A DNA stretch of 55,966 bases, the filler included, from Platydemus manokwari (lineage: Eukaryota): NCBI GenBank assembly GCA_037951405.1. It is 5 parts of 5 records of this genome, joined end to end, with 100 filler letters (N's around TTAATTAATTAA, not from the genome) between each part and the next. Parts side by side here need not be neighbours in the genome. Positions count along the whole stretch, not along the records: positions 1 to 10,926 come from JBBMOY011053300.1; positions 11,027 to 22,317 come from JBBMOY010793314.1; 3 more parts are not named here. One strand, given 5' to 3'. How positions within the stretch are numbered: position 1 is the first letter of the stretch; every line of letters begins with the position of its first letter. Below the pieces are notes generated by a model, which ran no database searches, was not told the DNA's origin, and worked only from the letters and a program-made list of their open reading frames with translations. Positions 1 through 11,789 of the stretch are shown one piece after another. The translations under genes were made by a program, and so were the position numbers.

Positions 1-39
1 AACAAATAAACAACATGTTAAATTCAATTTCGAAAATCT

Positions 40-110
40 ATTTTATTATTATTATTATTATTATTTCATTATTATTTTTATTATTATTTGTATTATTTTA
101 TTATTAGTTA
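40..110. repeat. Degenerate (ATT)n low-complexity tract (similar tracts at ~14620-14730 and 22418-22540)
   Basis: Runs of TTA/ATT triplets. Confidence 0.8.
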
Positions 111-139
111 TTGTTTCAATATACTAAATTTACCATAAT

Positions 140-229
140 TAAGCTCGCTACATTATTGCACAAAGGTTCATCGAGCCAGAGGAATGTTTCTGTAGAGTTC
201 CTCTCCAGCAAAAAGGTTGAAAATCATTG
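140..229 (-). mobile_element. hAT (Charlie-like) DNA transposon terminal fragment
   Basis: Minus strand begins CAATGATTTTCAACCTTTTTGCTGG..GGAACTC, resembling CAGTG.TT.TCAACCTTTT hAT termini. The other end was not found. Confidence 0.5.
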
Positions 230-699
230 ATATATAAAGAGAAAGAGAAAATACTTTAAAGGCCATATTCTTGGAAAAAAGATGAGGTCCACCAATTTCA
301 ATGTTTGAGTTCAAGTGCACAATTTCTGAACTCAAATGAATCCTTTAAATTTGAACCATATTCTCTAAAAAAATAATTAATTGTTCTTCGACAATTTTTT
401 CTATCCCCACGTTTTACTAGAAGAATAAAATAGAAATTTTTACATTTTAAATACAAACTGATTTAGAATTGTTTTGAAAACCCACATAAAAGGAGAAAAT
501 TGTGAATTTAAATCCTATTATTTATCTCGAAACTTCGAAGATTCTGATCTGTGCAATATAGCTTTCGTGAAGTATTCACATATATCTTTTTCAATAGACA
601 AAATTAGTAAATCCTTTTGTAATTAAAGTTTACAACAAAAGTTACGAATAGGTTAAAGAAAATAAAAGAAACCAAGGAAGTTATCAATCGACAACAAAT

Positions 700-1480
700 T
701 CAAAGGCTCATTCACAGACGTACATTAAGATTTATTTGGTGAATTTTTGTGGTAACCTTTACAAATTGAAGGGATAATAAATGAATGGATAGGAATTAAA
801 TCTTCTTAGTCTTCTTGTTTATAAAGAATACATTCTCTACACAACATGAATATCATTTAATTCATCATTGCAAACGGTTATTTATAAATCTCTATATGTG
901 CTCTATTGTAAATTTATTGATAATAATTATGGAGAAACCACGGAGTACCAAACCAAACATAAAAATGAAATTATTAATCAATATACAAGACTGATATTCT
1001 GAAACTTTCATTGTAACTTGATCGAACTTTTAAAATTCCAAATCTAGAACGATTGACCTTCTTTTAAAGACAAAAGACGACGTAATTAAAATGTAATGTC
1101 CATGTTCCATTACTTAAGAACTTATCAAAAAAGTTTAGTTAAAAATAAAATTGGTTTTAACAATATAGTGAAAAATATTTCACTGAAGATAGAAAACATT
1201 TCGTCCAGAGATTATGATCGTTCGAGTATTTTTACAAAACCAAATCCACAAACAAAGATCCATTATATTCTTATAAAATTCTCAAGAATTTCAAATAAAT
1301 AAAAGCCTTTACAATGGAATTTGTGATCGCTTAGGATAAACAAAAGTTATGGATTTTCTGATGATATTATCAAAATCTCGATTACAATAACAGAGAATCA
1401 GATATATGATGTCTATATTTTAGAGGTCAACTTGAAACCATATTTACAGTATTGAAAATAACTTGAATGAATTCAATGCC
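700..1480 (+). mobile_element. Degraded Polinton/Maverick-like protein-primed DNA polymerase B fossil
   Basis: Collinear broken motifs LNLLSLLVYKEY (LPxKExFY-like), YKTDILKL (984-1007; YLKTDVLLL), FHYLRT (HYxT) and YILEVNL (1414-1434; GYILEVDLEYP), with many stops and frameshifts. Confidence 0.45.
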
Positions 1481-2459
1481 AATCATTAATGAGATTTTGT
1501 TTAGCAAATTTTATTATTCTCTTTTATTTTTCAAAAAGTCATTGCAAAGATTATAGTCAAACATAAAAGTTTTTCCCCATTTACCATGACCTTCCTGATT
1601 AATAATATATTTTTATTTGACTGGCTGTTAGTGGTCGTTTTGTAATTCATCGACACCACAATTCGTTCAATTATTTATTGTTGTTTATATTAATTTCAGT
1701 GTAAACTAAGTCAGTGAAGATATTTTAATATAAACAAGTTTTATAACACATATGAGCCAATGACAATCCCATCAAGTAGTCCATCGATAGACTGTTTTAT
1801 TAGTCTCTCCTACTTCAACTTTATCTATGATATTGAGTCAGCCATCTTATTGATCCTCATAAACCCACATTTATTTTTAAAAACTTCTTTTTTACTTACT
1901 GGTTATTCAGATCGCTGCTTTTATTTCAACACAAACATAACCCTTACAGATTTCATAAGGAATTTTCTGACATCTGATATAGATACCTCGTACTTCACAT
2001 TTTATTATTGAAAACACTGGAAATCGAGTTGTAGAGTCTGGTTATGGATGATTTTAGTTTAGAAGATCCAGAGCTGATCGATTGAAATCAACTTCTTTTC
2101 TTGCCAACACTGGGACCCTAGTTGCAACAATTAGCTCCACTAACCGGTAAATTTTAAAACGTTACTTAAATAATTTTAGAAAAAAGCAATGGATATTTTT
2201 AATATTTCTTGAAGTGGTCATCTTCTGTCGTTTTGTTCATTCATACACATCTCATTTTATTAGGAATTAATTAGAGTAAATTCGAAATAGAATTTCCAGA
2301 ATTTCCAAAACAAACCATTGTGTAATTTCTGTGATATTCACGTAATAATTTGTTCAAAGTTTTTGATAAATAAAAAAAATACAACTCGAAGATATATTCT
2401 TTATATTTTATATTCCATAAAACATTTGATTTATTTTATTTATGGAGTAATAAATGATG

Positions 2460-3430
2460 TTTTCTCGATAGACGGTTATATATGGGAGCCAAAACATTTC
2501 AATCAATTTTTTTTCAATTTTTCTCCAAATTCTATTGGTGGGAGGAAATATTTTCACATCTAGAGAATAAGAAGTTGAATTTGTGTTCATAAACAATGGA
2601 ATTAAGAGATGATATATGCATTTTATTAAATAATTATCATAAAACATTTATTACATGGGTTAAGATTAATGATTCCTAAAGTGGTCCATATCGATCTCCA
2701 GGAGACAATGAAGACTTTCAAGGGGTCTACATGGTTTAAAAAAATGAAAGGGGGGGGGTCAATGAGAAGAATTTTTCAAAAATTGCAAAAAACAGTATAC
2801 TTAATACAATTTTAATATTTTTAAAATTTATCAAAATTTCATCTTGTAGCATAATCAAGTCGGGATATTCACTCGTTGTCTTATATATGTATGTGTGTAT
2901 GTATACAGCGAAACGCACTGGTGCTAAGCTTCTTTCTTGGCAATAAAATTAACCTTATTTATGAGATCATTAGTTTTATAAATATTTAATAATAATATAA
3001 ACTGGTAATTAGGCACATATAAATTATATTAAAATCTTTTGTTTTTTCTGTTTTTTCACATTATAGGAACTCCACTACTGTTGAAATTTAAATATTTTAT
3101 AGTGTATAGCAAGGGATATACCCAAAACCGAAAAACATGGCAAGGGGTCCACGAGAGAAAAAAATTGAGAACCTCAGGTGAAGATGAAGATAGAAATCTC
3201 ATAAACTAATTCCAGTACTTTCATATTTCATCGTGCTATTGTAGAATTGTTAACAGTATTGATATTCAATCTATATGAATGAGATTTTTATCAAAACTCA
3301 ATTTGTGGAATTGTTTTCGTTCAGTAATGCCATAACAAAACGTCACTGAGCTCTCCCATAGCCAAAAAAGGATACACTTTATTGTAAAATAATGAAATAT
3401 CCTTCTATTCTTGAATATGATTACTGAAAT
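2460..3430 (-). pseudogene. Protein kinase pseudogene fragments, interrupted by the hAT element
   Basis: Minus strand VYPFLAMGELSDVLL (hinge-like, ~3335-3380), KNLIHID*ISILL (HRD..NIL-like, ~3250-3290) and KLIEMFW..NRLS (subdomain XI-like, ~2465-2510). Contains stops and frameshifts. Confidence 0.35.
2667..3177 (+). mobile_element. Non-autonomous hAT element, about 511 bp
   Basis: Left end TAATGATTCCTAAAGTGGTCC, right end AAATTGAGAACCTCAG, internal AAGGGGTC motifs near both ends, and 8-bp TSD GTTAAGAT (2659-2666) / GTGAAGAT (3178-3185). Confidence 0.7.
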
Positions 3431-4419
3431 ACAATAAATCACTGAATACAATTAACAGAATACTTCAAATAATTATGACAAATACTCTACGACAACCCAT
3501 TTGGCAACTGTCAATTATCTTGAAAAAAATTCGTTTTTTGTTTCTGAAATTCGGTTTCTTTTATCTGTGTTGAAACAAATTTTAGTTTCCTATCTTTTCA
3601 TTTTTTGTATGAAATCAATCGGTGATTCGCCAATTTTATTCTATTTAAAAAGCGGTGAATATCGTGTTCGGGGTGACAAATATGGTTGGAAAAATATTAA
3701 GAAATTTTTCAATGCTATTCGATTAATTTTAAAATATTTTTAAAAATATTAAAATTTTCATTTCCTTTTTAAGATCTTCGTTATTTTAGATCTCAACATG
3801 AAATCGTTGAAGATTTACCTTTTCAAATTCAATTTCAAGGTAAAATGCAGTAAATTCATGAAAAGGCTTCGGATCTGTTACTTTGTGATCACATCCATAC
3901 CATAAATGATTTAAAAATTTTAAGCCAATGAAATAAATGTTTGTGCTCCTCAATATTTAAGCCTATGCCTTGATGATGTTGCTTTGTAATGATTTCTGCA
4001 TTATTTGAGTTAAATTGAATGATTCTTAATGTATATCTAGATTGTTGTGGAGTTTAGATTTTATAAGAAAATATCTTGTTAAATTAGTAGTGGTTCGATA
4101 TGAAGGACTTCAGTAGCTTATGTTGAGACAAGTTACTGATATACAATTAGGCTGAAAAAGGTCAAATTTATATTAATGCAAAACTTGTCGAATACGAACT
4201 AGATAATTAAAATGTTTTTACTGACCTTTATATAATCACAGGTATTGCATATAAAATAGAAAGATTATTAGATCATGTCGAAATTTGGACTTGTTAATAC
4301 TTAATCCTACTTTATATGTAATGTGTATATTATCTAAAATAATCCAATGTTCAGTTTTCATTTGTGGATAAATATGAAAAGGAACATAACGAAAAAAATC
4401 TACCCAAATAGGTACTACA

Positions 4420-5200
4420 CCACTGAAATGTAGAAAATCACCGAATACCAAACATCGTATGAAAAAACGCAGCAAAATATATATGATAAAAGTTTAGTAC
4501 TTGTTGGAAATGGATAAAAGTAGTAAAACTTTCGGTTGAAGTTTTTGCAAATACTCTTTGGTGAATGACGGAGTATATTTTCGCTGGTTTAATATTGGAT
4601 TCGTTTTTAATCAATGGGAATTAACTCTTCCTGTTTCACTTACATTAGTTGTGGTATTCTGATGAATTTTGCGTTGATTTATATACCAACTATCTTATTT
4701 TTTGGCGCCAGTGTCAATGTGTACGTGTATCATTCTTGTTTTATTTTTTATTTGCTTCGGTTTATTTTAGTTGCATTTGTTATTTTTTATATCATGGTGT
4801 AATCATATATTTATTTCATCAGGCATCTTGATTATTTTTACAACTATGATCATATATTTAATAAAGCTCAAACATGGTATTCATTTAAATCATATTTTTA
4901 TTTACTATTGTTTGACAATTTGTTACCTCTATTTTCTTCAGATTTACAAGAACGATCTCTATCTGTTTCAATTGTCGCCCGTAAAAGAAAAAACACCAAG
5001 ATGTCGCAGACTGTACTAGAATCTATACATCAAATTTGTTTGAAAGGACCATTTATTATTTGATTGGCCTCCACACACATTAGGATTTCGTGTCATTACA
5101 CTTTGTATCTGTAACTATGTAACTATCAGTATTATCCCATCTTAAAACGAACTGTATAGAAACTAGGCAGCATTTTAGAAGGCCATTGTTCGTCAACAAA
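4420..5200 (+). pseudogene. Class A (peptide-receptor-like) GPCR pseudogene
   Basis: Ordered remnants: HRMKKRSKIYMI (ICL1/TM2), TFG*SFCK (WxFGxxxCK, ~4527-4553), FCVDLY (ECL2 Cys), hydrophobic TM5; after a ttcttcag acceptor, ARKRKNTKM..ICLKGPFY (TM6) and HFRRPL (helix 8). Multiple stops. Confidence 0.55.
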
Positions 5201-7790
5201 TTAACAATCAAATTCAGTCGGTATCAGTTTAAAAGCAATATTTTTTAATTAATATCATTCACATTCTCATCCAACTTTCTCATTCAATGACTTTGTTGAT
5301 TGTACAGCATCTGAGTAAAGTAAGTTTGTTTTTTTTGGTATTATATACAGTTTCTTCTTCTGGTCTCCATTGAATACTTTAACAAATGATCATTTTGAAG
5401 ACGGCAATGAATGGCAAATTTTATAACCCTGATCTTCTATACCTTATGCAAATAAATTAAATAAAAATATTTAGTTAGCTTTACGTCAAAATGCTTAACT
5501 CCAGAATCATTCTAATCAACAGACTAAATTCGATGCAAAAATTAACAATCGGTCGATTAATTAATCGTTAAATTTCGTAGACAATATAAAAATTTGGAAA
5601 AGAAGTTTTAATGGGATGACTATTTTAATAATAATAAGTATGATTTACATGATATAATTTATAATTTAACTAGTATTACTGTGCTGAAATACATATTCTC
5701 TCAATTTCATAGTTTTGTCAAAAAGTATATTTAATTATTTGATAGTTGGTGTTATATTTTTCAAGAAAATGGTTTACAAAACAGAAATTATGTCCTATTA
5801 ATTGCTACATTGACGCAACGAGAACAAAATTTTAGAAAATAATGAATAATCCATTAGTTTGCTAAGATAAGCCTTATCCATATCTAATAACTAATACTAG
5901 ATTATAAAGCTTTCAAAAGATATTAATATCTAAATTTCTTAAACCAATATATTAAAACAATCTTAAAATATCCAAAAAAATATAAATGGACATCGTCGAA
6001 AGATGTATATTATAAATTTAACCTTTAACCGATAATTTAATACAACTTATTAGTGATTTTTTCGGTACGATCGTTACTTAATTGACCAACATAATCAAAT
6101 GCGAATTTTTATCGATCATAACTATTAATAAATATAAAACATAAATATAGAAATATATAATCCATTTAAAATAATTCATGAAAATTAATGTTAGCCGAGT
6201 AACAAAAATAGTCCAACGATTTCGCAAAGTGATTATTAATTAATTTTTTCACGATTTCAATTACTACTTGCAAAATTTAAATTGCATGATCGAGGCGAAT
6301 CTAGATTGCTGAAATCATATATTAAACACGAAGTATAATACACACTATGGAAGCTATTGAAATTTTTATCAATTTGATACTTTCGTGCAAATTGTCGAAT
6401 TATTTAAAAATGAATTTCTCTGAAATTTATTGTCCTACCGAAGATGTCAATCGCAAATATCGGAAAACAGTACAAATATAGGTAAAAATTACATGAATAT
6501 TTTAATTCAATTTGAAAAGTAGAACGTTAACATAGCAAAATTAAAACCAATTTAATAACAACTTAAAATTTACATAACTTAAAGGTGTCAATAATAAATT
6601 AGGCGAGAAATCCTTTGCCATAAAATAAACATTAAGTGTTTTTAACTATTCTTAAATAGCACTTATTTACAATTTTGAATAAGTATCGAGAACACGAAAT
6701 AAATATTGGAAATGAAAATATAGCCAAACACATGTAGTATGTGCATCAAATTGACACACACAAAAATTATTGAATTAAAATTTTTAATATTTTTATAAAT
6801 GTAAAGCAATAATGAATCTCATTAAATAAAAATTCACAAGGACGAGATTGCTTTATCAATTTTCCTGATACTAGAAAACCGTATGATAACATATGGATAT
6901 ATTTCGTTAACAGGATTCAAAATTAAAAATCAAATGTATATTTAAATTTATTAATACTTGAAATATTAATAAAGGTAAAAAGTTAATTTTTCTGTGTCTT
7001 AGTCGAGTTATTTTAAAAAAAATACTCAGTGGTACCACAGACAATTTATCTTGGTTTTTTCAAATTATGTTTATTTCTTTGATTTACATATTTAAACAAC
7101 AAAAATATTTTTTAATTTTTATTTTAAATTAAGGTTTTGTTGAATAAAAATTTCAAATAAAATTTAATAAAATTTTAATGTATTACTTAGCTAAATAAAT
7201 TTTCATACTTCGATTTGAAGTAATTTTCCAAATTCTAAGGAAATTATACAAATTTTATCTATTTTCAAAAATGTTTTAATATCCCTAATCATCAAATTAT
7301 TAAATTTTTTAAACTAAGTATGCTTTTATTCCCAAAAGTAAATAAATGAAATAATTATTTTTGAAAAAAAAATAATGTATGTAGTATTTTTGATTATTGT
7401 AGACGCTTAATAAAATCGTTTATAAGTTTTATAACACACAAAAATATTGAAGACAATGCAAATTTGTTCATTGAATGATTATTTACTACAAATTTCTAAG
7501 GGATTAATTGACTGTGTCGAAATTAATTTTAAAAATGTTTCTTCTTCAATTGAAATTATTCAAATTAATCAAATAAAAAATATTTAATTATTCATCAAAT
7601 ATTTTTCAAAATGAAAACTTTTATTTAAGTATTCATTGATTTCTTTTGAAATCTAACAATTGTTCTGTTAATTCTAGGAATTAGGTGGTATTAACTAATT
7701 CATTATACCAAATTAAAATTTTTAATTTAAATATTTTACAATGATTAAAAATAAACTAGTAATATTACTAAAATTATTTTTATATTGTTA

Positions 7791-7980
7791 GATGGTTACT
7801 GGCGTAGAATGAGGTATGCAATTTTCTCCACTATTAATAGAGGAAACACTTGATCAATGAGTTGATTATAGCTGCTGTACGAGATTTAAATTCCTTTACA
7901 ACAAATGTTATTGAAGTGATTACTTTATGTTTTCAATCCACGAGGAGAATCTATGCTGAATTCAAGTTTATTTTAAGATG
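7791..7980 (+). pseudogene. Second GPCR-like exon remnant (ECL1/TM3)
   Basis: After a gttag acceptor: RWLLA*NEVCNFLHY, then a broken MS..AAVRDLNS (DRY-region-like). Confidence 0.3.
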
Positions 7981-8399
7981 TATGTACAATTTAGAGGATT
8001 TGTGAAGGCTTACTATAAACTTTAAAGTGATTATAAACATTTTCTATTATGAAATTTCAACTAAACGTCAATATAGAAATTAGTAGTAATATTTGAAATG
8101 TTGAGTAAAATGCAAATATAGGTAGCCGCATTGATTTCTGATCGCCTTTCAGATCATTTAAAACATAAAACAATAATTAAAAAACCCATATATAATAACT
8201 GACGTTATAATTAAAAATAAAATATAATAAACAAAATCGAAAACTTTAACAAAAATTACGTGCACTGATAAGTTTTGTGAACTGACTTTCCAAATACTAC
8301 GAAGCAATTTTAGCATATTACTCGGTATATATTTCAGTTGAATCACTCGATTTTTGAAGAATTTAAAACCTATTAATTACAAGAAAGTTCTGAATATTA

Positions 8400-9000
8400 C
8401 GACGCGAAGCTATTCGGTTACAAAATGGCAGATTATATTGTATATCTAATCACCAACAGAAAGTTTATTTGAAGAAAAATCAATTTCAAATTTAAAATAG
8501 ACAAGTGAATATCTTAATCTATATCTTCATTGTTGAATAAATTCTGCTTCACAGGGTAAGACTATGAAAAGCATAATTCCAGCGTCATTAGAGATTCACT
8601 CATATTGGGATGACTTGATAAAGCACATTGAATATGAATTACGAATGTCACCTCAATAAGTGAAGGTTTTTGCCAATCGAAGTTCTTTTCTGAAGAAAAC
8701 CAAGGCTATTTATTAATGAGACAATGACCATATAAAAGGAAAACTCTGGACGAGTTCATTAATCGTCATATAACATTTTTTAAAGAAGTGTAGAAGTATA
8801 ATAAGAGTTAGATAGTGAAGCAAGGAAAAGACTATAACCAAGGAAAATATTCCCATGATTTGTCAGTTGATGATGCAGTGATGATTGAAAATCGGTTTTA
8901 CAAACCATTTGTTAAAAGATTTCTAGGCCCTTTCAAGATTTTATAGAAAATAAATACATCGACTTTAAACTCCAAAGAATCTGCATAAAACTATTAAAGT
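8400..9000 (+). mobile_element. Ty3/Gypsy integrase remnant
   Basis: SYWDDLIKHIEYELRMSP and VDDAVMIENRFYKPFVKRFLGPFKIL*KIN (GPY/F module), with stops. Confidence 0.7.
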
Positions 9001-10381
9001 AAACTCAAATCAAATATAGAAAATCGGATATAGAGATAATGTCGGAAACGATAATGTAGGAAGGGCAATGATACTAGTATCAAGCGACCAAGCATAATCG
9101 GCATGAATGGTGACTCATAAAAATAGATTCTACTAAACACCGGTGAAATAACGAAGAGATCTACCAGAAATAGGAAACTTGCAAGATACCTTTATTCCTT
9201 AGATACCGGCTATACTACAATATCAATGGTTAAAGTAAATAAAATGGTACAATGACAACAAAATAGGGCTCGAAAAATATATTTTGATTAATCAACTCCA
9301 GGTGGACATGGATGTTCGAGATGGTCCTAATCCTTCAAAGATATTGGAGCAATATCATAATTCAAGATTGGGTAAAGATATAAAAATATGATTTAGTTTA
9401 AAATAGTAATTTTAAATTAGTAATTCTTAACCAAAAGTGGTTTTGACGAAAGTCGAACTTAGGCTTTGATTTAAATTGAGGAATTGTCATGAAATGTGCA
9501 ATTTTTTGTGATTAATTCGGCTTCAAACGTCTTCGCAAATTACAGATTCTTCGCTTTGATTAGGAACTTTGACAATTTAGTGGTTTCTTAATTAATGGGT
9601 TCTGATTACTGTTTATATTCTATTTAAGTTGGCAATCGATTGGTGTCTGATTGATTTTAATTGGGAGGGATTTTCTCAGAATTTAATGAGGTTTAATTTT
9701 TTGGCAGTTACACCGGATGCCATTTTCTTTTTTCTGCGTTATTTAATCCGGGATTATATTTACTTATGTTGGATTTATTTTGAGTTTCTAAATGTTATAT
9801 TTCACTTTATTAACCTCAAATGTCCTTTTCATAAAATAAGAGTAATTTTTATACGGATTTTGATAATAAAATATCTATTTACCAAAATTACACATCTATT
9901 AAAATTAACCATTTTCATAAAATAACAAAATAATAATATTCACATTCAATAAATAACGTACTCATTAAAATTACCATATACACTTTAAAAAACCTCGTCT
10001 TTTATATGCCTATAACGACCAATGTTAAATTATCAACGTTATTTGATTATTGCTGATGGTTGAGGCTATTATTTATGAGGATTTTTGCTGGGCTTCAGAT
10101 GCAAAATTTTAGGACACTAAATTCTTGTACCTGAAGATTTTTATCTGCCCAGGGAACTTGATCCATCGACTTAAATGTATATTTTCATACCAAACGAATA
10201 AATTCTGATCAACCTATTTCATTTTTCAATCAATTTTCAGTTAATCAACGTGTTAGGTATATTAAAAATCAATCAAAAGAGTCACAAGAACCAAGGCAAG
10301 AATCCAAAAGGGTCAATACACGAGACTCGATAAACACACATGTCGTTAACCAATCAGATTCGTTCTAATATTAATCCATAT

Positions 10382-10926
10382 TGTTGGGTTGTGGTTGATG
10401 TTTATTTGTTTGCTGTTAGAAACAACTCAACAGCGTGAGTCCCTTTATTCTATTTGTATATAACAACAACAAAAGATTTAAAACAAATTTTATTTAAATT
10501 ATAAAATGACAAAAATACAATCAAATAGCTCGTTCAAAAATTTTATAAAAAACAAATTGACTGTGGTTATCTTACAGAGACCGTGAGAACCTTTATGTAC
10601 GCCTTAAAAAATTATTATTGATTTTAATATATAATTGTAACTCCAAAGGGAGATCCTTTAGAGCAAAACAAACAATGTACGCGATTTAAATAAAACAAAT
10701 TATTACTCGCTCTACTTCAATTGTCCGTAATGCAAATCTTAGTAGTTAGATTTTTAAAAGTGAATTGTGATGGAAATCCCTCAGTTTATAAAGCCGTTGA
10801 AATCCGGTACTTTGTACCCGGGAATTTCCATCACGTTTATGAATTTTAAACCATTTTCTAACTTTTGATCTTTAATATTTATAATTGTAAAAGTTCAAGA
10901 CCTTAAATATTCTTTATAGTTTTCCT
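10382..10926 (-). repeat. LTR-like repeat family A, copy 1 (truncated by gap)
   Basis: Reverse complement aligns block by block with ~52090-52630 and ends ...CCCAACA. Confidence 0.8.
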
Positions 10927-11026
10927 NNNNNNNNNNNNNNNNNNNNNNNNNNNNNNNNNNNNNNNNNNNNTTAATTAATTAANNNNNNNNNNNNNNNNNN
11001 NNNNNNNNNNNNNNNNNNNNNNNNNN
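10927..11026. other. Assembly spacer N44-TTAATTAATTAA-N44
   Basis: Identical 100-bp linker at four places; the 12-mer has stops in all six frames. Confidence 0.97.
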
Positions 11027-11789
11027 TAAGGAAATCATTAATTAATGAGTTGAAATAAATGAAAACCATAAAATGTTTTTTCAAACTAAAAGGAATATTA
11101 TTAATAAAAGATTGATTATAATAATTAAGCTAAAATATAAATATTATAAATAGATAATATAAAACCAATTTTAAGTCCGCACAAAATAATCAATTATATG
11201 TAACGAAAACAAGAAGTTATAAATTATTAATAATAACTCAATGATAATGTTACAAAATTATGTTATGGAAAATCAGCACATAAAGAATGACTAAGCGTAC
11301 TTGTTTTCTGTTTCAAGAAGATTACAAAGAAGGGCAAAATGGGGTTTTTAAATCAGCTTTTATTTAAAATATAAATTTTGATAATATTTTTATTAAAAAT
11401 ATAATTTGTCGATTTAATTAGTTAGCATACATTGATTTAATATACGAAAATTTTAACTCGATTTCGTTACATGCTAAACCAGAAGAAGGCTATGAATTGG
11501 AAATTCGGAACTAAGTCGTTGTTGTGACTATTCATTTAACTTGAATCTTTTGATAATAAATACATTTTATTCATAACGGTGTTAGAGTTTTAATGAGCTG
11601 AGAACCTAAATTAAAAACGAACTCGGACGCCAAGATACAGTCAGTCTAGAATATTTTCAAATAAATATTGATAATTGTCAAGTATTAATGGTAATGTTAA
11701 GTGCTCACACCGCTTTGTTGTGTTCTAAAATATTTTAAAGAAACTGTCAAACCTTAGCATTTATAACAAAGACAAATTTCAAGTGAGGA

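Noticed and set aside
1740-2150. Alternative genetic code or stop read-through to explain stop-interrupted frames
   Set aside because: The three intact genes have no in-frame stops and use normal terminators; interrupted frames also have frameshifts, consistent with decay.
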